From Euglena gracilis (taxonomy: Eukaryota): 64,000 bases of DNA. Below, piece after piece: positions 39,701-50,926 of this stretch; the first letter of the stretch is position 1; each line of letters starts with the position of its first letter. The notes beneath the pieces were generated by a model that saw only the letters and a list, made by a program, of their open reading frames with translations, did not search any database and was not told the origin of the DNA. The stretch is taken from assembly GCA_039621445.1 (NCBI GenBank), contig CP154954.1, positions 34,259,737 to 34,323,736 on the forward strand, written 5' to 3'. Both the position numbers and the translations under genes were made by a program.

Positions 39701-41590
39701 ACCATGTAAAAATGGACCAAATTGGGCCTTACTCCGAGTAACCGAATGGGTGTTCCAGGAGGCCTCCAAAGTCAGGGGACCCTTTGGTTTCATGATTGTC
39801 GTCGTTAAATGGTAAGAAAAACATGCAGCGGGAATGTTGGTTGCAAGAAATGAGCACATTTAGATGGGTGCATTCGACCATTCCGGGTAAGATTTACCAG
39901 GTCAGCCCAGGTTACCATGGAAAAATGGACCAAATTGGGCCTTACTCCGAGTAACCGAATGGGTGTTCCAGGAGGCCTCCAAAGTCAGGGGGTCAGTTGG
40001 TTTCATGATTGTCGTGGTTTAATGGGAAGAAAAACATGCAGCGGGAATGTTGGTTGCAAGAAATGAGCACATTTAGATGGGTGCATTCGACCATTCCGGG
40101 GTACATTTACCAGGTCAGCCCAGGTTACCATGTAAAAATGGACCAAATTGGGCCTTACTCCGAGTAACCGAATGGGTGTTCCAGGAGGCCTCCAAAGTCA
40201 GGGGGTCAGTTGGTTTCATGATTGTCGTGGTTTAATGGGAAGAAAAACATGCAGCGGGAATGTTGGTTGCAAGAAATGAGCACATTTATAACTGTGCATT
40301 CGACCATTCCGGGGTACATTTACCAGGTCAGCCCAGGTTACCATGTAAAAATGGACCAAATTGGGCCTTACTCCGAGTAACCGAATGGGTGTTCCAGGAG
40401 GCCTCCAAAGTCAGGGGACCCTTTGGTTTCATGACTGTCGTCGTTTAATGGTAAGAAAAACATGCAGCGGGAATGTTGGTTGCAAGAAACGAGCACATTT
40501 AGATGGATGCATTCGACCATTCCGGGGAACATTTACCAGGTCAGCCCAGGTTACCATGTAAAAATGGACCAAATTGGGCCTTACTCCGAGTAACCGAATG
40601 GGTGTTCCAGGAGGCCTCCAAAGTCAGGGGATCCGTTCGTTTCATGATTGTCGTGGTTTATTGGTAAGAAAAACATGCAGCGGGAAGGTTGGTTGCAAGA
40701 AATGAGCACATTTAGATGGGTGCATTCGACCATTCTGGGGGACATTTACCAGGTCAGCCCAGGTTACCATGTAAAAATGGACCAAAATGGGACTTACTCC
40801 GAGTAACCGAATGGGTGTTCCAGGAGGCCTCCAAAGTCAGGGGACCCGTTGGTTTCATGATTGTCGTCGTTAAATGGTAAGAAAAACATGCAGCGGGAAT
40901 GTTGGTTGCAAGAAATGAGCAGATTTAGATGGGTGCATTCGACCATTCCGGGTAAGATTTACCAGGTCAGCCCAGGTTACCATGGAAAAATGGACCAAAT
41001 TAGGCCTTACTCCGAGAAACCCAATGGGTGTTCAAGGAGGCCTCCAAAGTCAGGGGACCCGTTGGTTTCATTATTGTCGTGGTTTATTGGTAAGCAAAAA
41101 ATGCAGCGGGAATGTTGGTTGCAAGAAATCAGCACATTTAGATGGGTGCATTCAACCATTCTGGGGGACATTTACCAGGCCAGCCCAGGATACCATGTAA
41201 AAATGGACCAAATTGGGCCTTACTCCGAATGGGTGTTCCAGGGGGCCTCCAAAGTCGGGGGACCCGTTGGTTTCATGAATGTGGTGTTTTAATGGTAAGA
41301 AAAACATGCAGCGGGAATGTTGGTTGCAAGAAAGAAGCACATTTAAATGGGTGCATTCGACCATTCCGGGGGACATTTACCAGGTCAGCCCAGGTTACCA
41401 TGTAAAAATGGACCAAATTGGGCCTTACTACGAGTAACCAAACGGGAGTTCCAGGAGGCCTCCAAAAGTCAGGGGACCCGTTGGTTTCATGATTGTCGTG
41501 GTTTAATGGTAAGAAAAACATGCAGCGGGAATGTTGGTTGCAAGTAACGAGCACATTTAGATGGGTGCATTCGACCATTCCGGGGGACGT
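30704..41590 (-). repeat. 213-bp satellite, inverted block, ~51 monomers
   Basis: Reverse complement of the monomer (GATGGGTGCATTCGACCATTCCGGGGG...) throughout. Confidence 0.99.
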
Positions 41591-41593
41591 TAG

Positions 41594-44500
41594 GGAATGG
41601 TCGAATGCACCAATCTAAATGTGCTCGTTTCTTGCAACCAACATTCCCGCTGCATGTTTTTCTTACCATTAAACCACGACAATCATGAAACCCACGGGTC
41701 ACCTGACTTTGGAGGCCTCCTGGAACACCCATTCGGTTACTCGGAGTAAGGCCCAATTTGGTCCATTTTTACATGGTAACCTGGGCTGACCTGGTAAATG
41801 TCCCCCGGAATGGTCGAATGCACCCATCTAAATGTGCTCATTTCTTGCAACCAACATTCCCGCTGCATGTTCTTTATCACCAATAAACCACGACAATCAT
41901 GAAACCAACGTGTCCCCTGACTTTGGAGGCGTCGTGGAACACCCATTCGGTTACTCGGAGTAAGGCCCAATTTGGTCCATTTTTACATGGTAACCTGGGC
42001 TGACCTGGTAAATGGTACCCAGAATGGTCGAATGCACCCATCTAAATGTGCTCATTTCTTGCAACCAACATTCCCGCTGCATGTTTTTCTCACCATTAAA
42101 CCACGTCAATCATGAAACCAACGGGTCCCCTGACTTTGGAGGCGTACTGGAACACCCATTCGGTTACTCGGAGTAAGGCCCAATTTGCCCCATTTCTACA
42201 TGGTAACCTGGGCTGACCTGGTAAATGTCCCCCGGAATGGTCGAATGCACCCATCTAAACGTGCTCATTTCTTGCAACCAACATTCCCGCTGCATGTTTT
42301 TCTTACCATTAAACCACGACAATCATGAAACCAACGGGTCCCCTGACTTTGGAGTCCTCCTGGAACACCCATTCGGTTACTCGGAGTAACGCCCAATTTG
42401 TCCCATTTTTACATGGTAACCTGGGCTGACCTGGTAAATGTCCCCCGGAATGGTCGAATGCACCCATCTAAATGTGCTCATTTCTTGCAACCAACATTCC
42501 CGCTGCATGTTTTTCTTACCATTAAACCACGACAATCATGAAACCAACGGGTCCCCTGACTTTGGAGTCCTCCTGGAACACCCATTCGGTTTCTCGGAGT
42601 AACGCCCAATTTGTCCCATTTTTACATGGCAACCTGGGCTGACCTGGTAAATGTCCCCCGGAATGGTCGAATGCACCCATCTAAATGTGCTCATTTCTTG
42701 CAACCAACATTCCCGCTGCATATTTTTCTTACCAATAAACCACGACAACCATGAAAGCAACGGGTCCCCTGACTTTGGAGGCCTCCTGGAACACCCATTC
42801 AGTTACTTGGAGTAAAGCCCAATTTGCCCCATTTTTACATGGTAACCTGGGCTGACCTGGTAAATGTCCCCCGGAATGTTCGAATGCACCCATCTAAATG
42901 TGCTCATTTCTTGCAACCAACATTCCCGCGGCACGTTTTTCTTACCATTAAAACCACGACAATCATGAAACCAACGGGTCGCCTGACTTTGGAGACCTCC
43001 TGGAACACCCATTCGGTTACTCGGAGTAAGGCCCAATTTGGTCCACTTTTACATAGTAACCTGGGCTGACCTGGTAAACGTCCCCCGGAATGGTCGAATG
43101 CACCCATCTAAATGTGCTCATTTCTTGCAACCAACATTCCCGCTGCATGTTTTCCTCACCAATAAACCACGTCAATCATGAAACCAACGGGTCCCCTGAC
43201 TTTAGAGGCCTCCTGGAACACCCATTCGGTTACTCGGAGTAAGGCCCAATTTGGTCCATTTTTACATGGTAACCTGGGCTGACCTGGTAAATGTCCCCCG
43301 GAATGGTCGAATGCACCCATCTAAATGTGCTCTTTTCTTGCAACCAACATTCCCGCTGCATGTTTTTCTTACCAAAAAACCACGACAACCATGAAACCAA
43401 CGGGTCCCCTGACTTTGGAGGCCTCCTGGAACACCCATTCAGTTACTCGGAGTAAGGCCCAATTTGCCCCATTTTTACACGGTAACCTGGGCTGACCTGG
43501 TAAATGTCCCCCGGAATGGTCGAATGCACCCATCTAAATGTGCTCATTACTTGCAACCTACGTTCCCGCTGCATGTTTTTCTCACCATTAAACCACGACA
43601 ATCATGAAACCCACGGGTCCCCTGACTTTGGAGGCCTCCTGGAACACCCATTCGGTTACTCGGAGCAAGGCCCAATTCGGTACATTTTTACATGGTAACC
43701 TGGGCTGACCTGGTAAATGTCCCCCAGAATGGTCGAATGCACCCATCTAAATGTGCTCATTTCTTGCAACCAACATTCCCGCTGCATGTTTTTCTTACCA
43801 TTAAACCACGACAATCATGAAACCAACGGGTCCCCTGACTTTGGAGGCCTCCTGGAACACCCATTCGGTTACTCGGAGTACGGCCCAATTTGGTCCATTT
43901 TTACATGGTAGCCTGGGCTGACCTGGTAAATGTCCCCCGGAATGGTCAAATGCGGCCATCTAAATGTGCTCATTTCTTGCAACCAACATTCCCGCTGCAT
44001 GTTTTTCTTACCATTAAACCACAAAAATCATGAAACCAACGGGTCCCCTGACTTTGGAGGCCTCCTGGAACACCCATTCGGTTACTCGGAGTAAGGCCCA
44101 ATTTGGTCCATTTTTACATGGTAACCTGGGCTGACCTGGTAAATGTCCCCCGGAATGGTCGAATACACCAATCTAAATGTGCTTATCTCTTGCAACCAAC
44201 GTTCCTGCTGCATGTTTTTATTACCATTAAACCACGAAAATCATGAAACCAACGGGTCCCCTGACTTTGGAGGCCTCCTGGAACACCCATTCGGTTACTC
44301 AGAGTAAGGCCGAATTTGGTCCATTTTTACATGGTAACCTGGGCTGACCTGGTAAATGTCCCCCGCAATGGTCGAATGCACCCCTCCAATTGTGCTCATT
44401 TCTTGCAACCAACATTCTCGCTGCATGTTTTTCTTACCATTAAACCACGACAATCATTAAACCAACGGGTCCCCTGACTTTGGAGGCCTCCTGGAACACC

Positions 44501-46772
44501 CATTCGGTTACTCGGAGTAAGGCCCAATTTGGTCCATTTTTACATGGTAACCTGGGCTGACCTGGTAAATGTCCCCCGGAATGTTCGAATGCACCCATCT
44601 AAATGTGCACATTTCTTGCAACGAACATTCCCGCTGCATTTTTTTATTACCATTAAACCACGACAATCATGAAACCAACGGGTCCCCTGACTTTGGAAGC
44701 CTCCTGGAGCACCCATTCGGTTACTCGGAGTAAGACCCATTTTGGCCCATTTTTGCAAACAACACTCCCGCTGCATGTTTTTCTCACCATTAGACCACGA
44801 CAATCATTAAACCAACGGGTCCCCTGACTTTTGAGGCCTCCTGGAACACCCATTCGGTTTCTCGGAGTAAGACCCATTTTGGCCCATTTTTACATGGTAA
44901 CCTGGGCTGACCTGGTAAACGTCCCCTGGAATGGTCGAGTGCACCCATCTAAACGGGCTCATTTCTTGCAACCAACATTCCCGCTGCATGTTTTTCTTAC
45001 CATTAAACCACGACAATCATGAAACCACGGGTCCCCTGACTTTGGAGGCCTCCTGGAACACCCATTCGTTTACTCGGAGTAAGGCCCAATTTGGTCCATT
45101 TTTACACGGTAACCTGGGCTGACCTGGTAAATGTCCCCCGGAATGGTCGAATGCACCCATCTAAATGTGCTCATTTCTTGCAACCAACATTCCCGCTGCA
45201 TGTTTTTCTTACCATTAAACCACGACAACCATGAAACCAACGGGTCCCTGACTTTGGAGGCCTCCTGGAACACCCATTCGGTTACTCGGAGTGAGGTCCA
45301 ATTTGGTCCATTTTTACATGTTAACCTGGGGTGACCTGGTAAATGTCTCCCGGAATGGTCGAGTGCAACCCATGTAAATGTGCTGATGTCTTGCAACCAA
45401 CATTCCCGCTGCATGTTTTTCTGGCCATTAATCCACGACAATCATGAAACCAACGGGTCCCCTGACTTTGGAGGCCTCCTGGAACACCCATTCAGTTACT
45501 CGGAGTAAGGCCCAATTTGGTCCATTTTTACATGGTAACCTGGGCTGACCTGGTAAATGTCCCCCGGAATGGTCGAATGCCCCAATCTAAATGTGCTCAT
45601 TTCTTGCAACCAACATTCTCGCTGCATTTTTGTCTTACCAATAACCCACGACAATCATGAAACCAACGGGTCGCCTGACTTTGGAGGCCTCCTGGAACAC
45701 CCATTCGGTTACTCGGAGTAAGGCCCAATTTGGTCCATTTTTACATGGTACCCTGGGCTGACCTGGTAAATGTCCCCCGGAATGGTCGAATGCACCCATC
45801 TAAATGTGCTCATTTCTTGCACCCAACCTTCCCGCTGCATTTTTGTTTTAGCAATAACCCACGACAATCATGAAACCAACGGGTTCCCTGACTTTGGAGG
45901 CCTCCTGGAACACCCATTCGGTTACTCGGAGTAAGGCCCAATTTGGTCCATTTTACATGGTAACCTGGGCTGACCTGGTAAATGTCCCCCGGAATGGTCG
46001 AATGCACCCATCTAAATGTGCTCATTTCTTGCAACCAACATTCCTGCCGCATTTTTTTTTACCAATAACCCACAACAATCATGAAACCAACGGGTCCCCT
46101 GACTTTGGAGGCCTCCTGGAACACCCATTCGGTTACTCGGAGTAAGGCCCAATTTGGTCCATTTTTACGTGGTAACCTGGGCTGACCTGGTGAATGTCCC
46201 CCGGAATGGTGAAATGCACCAATCTAAATGTGCTCATTTCTTGCAACCAACATTCCCGCTGCATTTTTGTCTTACCAATAACCCACGACAATCATGAAAC
46301 CAACGGGTTCCCTGACTTTGGAGGCCTCCTGGAACACCCATTTGGTTACTCGGAGTAAGGCCCAATTTGGTCCATTTTTACGTGGTAACCTGGGCTGACC
46401 TGGTAAATGTCCCCCGGAATGGTCGAATGCACCAATCTAAATGTGTTCATTTCCTGCAACCAACATACCCGCTGCATTTTTTTTACCAATAACCCACGAC
46501 AATCATGAAACCAACGGGTCCCCTGACTTTGGAGGCCTCCTGGAACACCCATTCGGTTACTCGGAGTAAGGCCCAATTTGGTCCATTTTTACGTGGTAAC
46601 CTGGGCTGACCTGGTAAATGTCCCCCGGAATGGTCGAATGCATCCATCTAAATGTGCTCATTTCTTGCAACCAACATTCCCGCTGCATGTTTTTCTTACC
46701 ATGAAACCACGACAATCATGAAACCAACGGGTCCCCTGACTTTGGAGGCCTCCTGGAACACCCATTTGGTTA
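41594..46772 (+). repeat. 213-bp satellite, forward
   Basis: Forward monomers resume at GGAATGGTCG. Confidence 0.98.
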
Positions 46773-47401
46773 CTGTCCCCGGAAAAAAGAACAAACGGAA
46801 AAAATAACAACCGTAAAAAAAAACAGCCGGAAAAATAACAACCCGGAAGGCTTCAGAGCAAAAAGGATGTCAATATGGAATTCACGAAAAACTGGGTCCA
46901 GGTCATCAAATCAGGTCAGCGACGTCAATATCTGACAGGTCAAAATCGCAGTCAGCTGAATCCGCTGCTGCGAGAAAATCTTCAATAATAAAACCTGTAG
47001 GTGTACCTTGCGTTATTTTCTGGCTGCAGCTTTTTGCACCAACTTGGCGTGCCATATCAGTTACGTCTTTCACAAAACCATCTTCATAATCCCTCTTCCG
47101 CATCTTTGACGTTGTCCCACACGCTTCAACAAATTCTTGGTCGACTAGTTTCTTGTTCACGGCAGGCTTCGCTGCAAGGACATGCTTTTCCATGACGATT
47201 CTGAAAGAAACAAAGGGGTTTGCTCATCCATACTGGCCCCGCCACCCTCTCAGCCAGGCCAAGTGAGAAAGTATCCAAAGAGCCATGGCGAAGGCGGAGA
47301 CTTTACACAGGAAAAAAATTCGAAAAATAACAACCGAAAAAATAACAACCTGAAAGGCTTGGGATGTTATTTTTTCCGGTTGTTATTTTTTCCGGGGTCA
47401 G
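46773..47401. mobile_element. 629-bp non-autonomous TIR DNA transposon (MITE-like), TA target-site duplication, Tc1/mariner-like by TSD, copy 1
   Basis: Empty site GGT-TA-CTCGGAG becomes GGT-TA-[CTGTCCCC...GGGGTCAG]-TA-CTCGGAG. 37-bp TIRs (46773-46809, 47365-47401) match 34/37. Subterminal CCGGAAAAAATAACAA repeats. Confidence 0.92.
46906..47193 (-). CDS. 95-codon ORF/exon of unknown function inside the TIR element
   Basis: Protein-like composition with an acidic C-terminus. Preceded on the minus strand by CCCCTTTGTTTCTTTCAG|AATCGTCATG. Confidence 0.4.
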   Translation of the reverse strand: MEKHVLAAKPAVNKKLVDQEFVEACGTTSKMRKRDYEDGFVKDVTDMARQVGAKSCSQKITQGTPTGFIIEDFLAAADSADCDFDLSDIDVADLI

Positions 47402-50296
47402 TACTCGGAGTAAGGCCCAATTTGGTCCATTTTTACATGGTAGCCTGGGCTGACCTGGTAAACGTCCCCCGGAATGGTCGAATGCACCCATCTAAATGTG
47501 CTCATTTCTTGCAACCAACATTCCCGCTGCATGTCTTTCTTACCACTAAACCACGACAATCATGCAACCAACGGTTCCCCTGACTTTGGAGGCTTCCTAA
47601 AAACACCCATTCGGTTACTCGGAGTGTGGTCCATTTTTACATGGTAACCTGGGCTCGCCTGGTAAATGTCCCCGGAATGGTCGAATACACCCATCTAAAT
47701 GTGCTCATTTCCTGCAACCAACATTCCCGCTGCATGTTTTTCTTACCATTAAACCACGACAATCATGAAACCAACGGGTCCCCTGACTTTGGAGGCCTCC
47801 TGGAACACCCATTCGGTTACTCGGAGTAAGGCCCAATTTGGTCCATTTTACATGGTAACCTGGGCTGACCTGGTAAATGTCCCCCGGAATGGTCGAATGC
47901 ACCCATCTAAATGTGCTCATTTCTTGCAACCAACATTCCCGCTGCATGTTTTTCTTACCATTAAACCACGACAATCATGAAACCAACGGGTCCCCTGACT
48001 TTGGAGGCCTCCTGGAACACCCATTCGGTTACTCGGAGTAAGGCCCAATTTGGTCCATTTTTACATGGTAACCTGGGCTGACCTGGTAAATGTCCCCCGG
48101 AATGGTCGAATGCACCCATCTAAATGTGCTCATTTCTTGCAACCAACATTCCCGCTGCATGTTTTTCTTACCATTAAACCACGACAATCATGAAACCAAC
48201 GGGTCCCCTGACTTTGGAGGCCTCCTGGAACACCCATTCGGTTACTCGGAGTAAGGCCCAATTTGGTCCATTTTTACATGGTAACCTGGGCTGACCTGGT
48301 AAATGTCCCCCGGAATGGTCGAATGCACCCATCTAAAAATGCTCATTTCTTGCAACCAACTTTCCTGCTGCATGTTTTTATTACCATTAAACCACGACAA
48401 TCATGAAACCAACGGGTCCCCTGACTTTGGAGGCCTCCTGGAACACCCATTCGGTTACTCAGAGTAAGGCCGAATTTGGTCCATTTTTACATGGTAACCT
48501 GGGCTGACCTGGTAAATGTCCCCCGCAATGGTCGAATGCACCCCTCCAATTGTGCTCATTTCTTGCAACCAACATTCTCGCTGCATGTTTTTCTTACCAT
48601 TAAACCACGACAATCATGAAATCAACGGGTCCCCTGACTTTGGAGGCCTCCTGGAACACCCATTCGGTTACTCGGAGTAAGGCCCAATTTGGTCCATTTT
48701 TACATGGTAACCTGGGCTGACCTGGTAAATGTCCCCCGGAATGTTCGAATGCACCCATCTAAATGTGCACATTTCTTGCAACGAACATTCCCGCTGCATT
48801 TTTTTATTACCATTAAACCACGACAATCATGAAACCAACGGGTCCCCTGACTTTGGAAGCCTCCTGGAGCACCCATTCGGTTACTCGGAGTAAGACCCAT
48901 TTTGGCCCATTTTTGCAAACAACACTCCCGCTGCATGTTTTTCTCACCATTAGACCACGACAATCATTAAACCAACGGGTCCCCTGACTTTTGAGGCCTC
49001 CTGGAACACCCATTCGGTTTCTCGGAGTAAGACCCATTTTGGCCCATTTTTACATGGTAACCTGGGCTGACCTGGTAAACGTCCCCTGGAATGGTCGAGT
49101 GCACCCATCTAAACGGGCTCATTTCTTGCAACCAACATTCCCGCTGCATGTTTTTCTTACCATTATACCACGACAATCATGAAACCCACGCGTCCCCTGA
49201 CTTTGGAGGCCTCCTGGAACACCCATTCGTTTACTCGGAGTAAGGCCCAATTTGGTCCATTTTTACACGGTAACCTGGGCTGACCTGGTAAATGTCCCCC
49301 GGAATGGTCGAATGCACCCATCTAAATGTGCTCATTTCTTGCAACCAACATTCCCGCTGCATGTTTTTCTGACCATTAAACCACGACAACCATGAAACCA
49401 ACGGGTCCCTGACTTTGGAGGCCTGCTAGAACACCCATTCGGTTACTCGGAGTGAGGTCCAATTTGGTCCATTTTTACATGTTAACCTGGGGTGACCTGG
49501 TAAATGTCTCCCGGAATGGTCGAGTGCAACCCTTGTAAATGTGCTGATGTCTTGCAACCAACATTCCCGCTGCATGTTTTTCTGGCCATTAATCCACGAC
49601 AATCATGAAACCAACGGGTCCCCTGACTTTGGAGGCCTCCTGGAACACCCATTCAGTTACTCGGAGTAAGGCCCAATTTGGTCCATTTTTACATGGTAAC
49701 CTGGGCTGACCTGGTAAATGTCCCCCGGAATGGTCGAATGCCCCAATCTAAATGTGCTCATTTCTTGCAACCAACATTCTCGCTGCATTTTTGTCTTACC
49801 AATAACCCACGACAATCATGAAACCAACGGGTTCCCTGACTTTGGAGGCCTCCTGGAACACCCATTTGGTTACTCGGAGTAAGGCCCAATTTGGTCCATT
49901 TTTACGTGGTAACCTGGGCTGACCTGGTAAATGTCCCCCGGAATGGTCGAATGCACCAATCTAAATGTGTTCATTTCCTGCAACCAACATACCCGCTGCA
50001 TTTTTTTTACCAATAACCCACGACAATCATGAAACCAACGGGTCCCCTGACTTTGGAGGCCTCCTGGAACACCCATTCGGTTACTCGGAGTAAGGCCCAA
50101 TTTGGTCCATTTTTACGTGGTAACCTGGGCTGACCTGGTAAATGTCCCCCGGAATGGTCGAATGCATCCATCTAAATGTGCTCATTTCTTGCAACCAACA
50201 TTCCCGCTGCATGTTTTTCTTACCATGAAACCACGACAATCATGAAACCAACGGGTCCCCTGACTTTGGAGGCCTCCTGGAACACCCATTTGGTTA
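47402..50296 (+). repeat. 213-bp satellite, forward
   Basis: Monomers continue; 48360-49810 duplicates 44200-45650. Confidence 0.98.
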
Positions 50297-50926
50297 CTGT
50301 CCCCGGAAAAAAGAACAAACGGAAAAAATAACAACCGTAAAAAAAAAACAGCCGGAAAAATAACAACCCGGAAGGCTTCAGAGCAAAAAGGATGTCAATA
50401 TGGAATTCACGAAAAACTGGGTCCAGGTCATCAAATCAGGTCAGCGACGTCAATATCTGACAGGTCAAAATCGCAGTCAGCTGAATCCGCTGCTGCGAGA
50501 AAATCTTCAATAATAAAACCTGTAGGTGTACCTTGCGTTATTTTCTGGCTGCAGCTTTTTGCACCAACTTGGCGTGCCATATCAGTTACGTCTTTCACAA
50601 AACCATCTTCATAATCCCTCTTCCGCATCTTTGACGTTGTCCCACACGCTTCAACAAATTCTTGGTCGACTAGTTTCTTGTTCACGGCAGGCTTCGCTGC
50701 AAGGACATGCTTTTCCATGACGATTCTGAAAGAAACAAAGGGGTTTGCTCATCCATACTGGCCCCGCCACCCTCTCAGCCAGGCCAAGTGAGAAAGTATC
50801 CAAAGAGCCATGGCGAAGGCGGAGACTTTACACAGGAAAAAAATTCGAAAAATAACAACCGAAAAAATAACAACCTGAAAGGCTTGGGATGTTATTTTTT
50901 CCGGTTGTTATTTTTTCCGGGGTCAG
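50297..50926. mobile_element. 630-bp TIR element, copy 2 (duplicated with its flanks)
   Basis: TA at 50295-50296 and 50927-50928. Matches copy 1 apart from one extra A. Same flanking variants CCCATTTGGT and GGTAGCCTGG. Confidence 0.92.
50431..50718 (-). CDS. 95-codon ORF/exon, copy 2
   Basis: Translation identical to 46906-47193. Confidence 0.4.
   Translation of the reverse strand: MEKHVLAAKPAVNKKLVDQEFVEACGTTSKMRKRDYEDGFVKDVTDMARQVGAKSCSQKITQGTPTGFIIEDFLAAADSADCDFDLSDIDVADLI

Noticed and set aside
46771..47404. 3-bp TAC or 4-bp TACT target duplication instead of TA
   Set aside because: TIRs pair symmetrically only as CTG...CAG with TA outside; the extra match is coincidental with the target.
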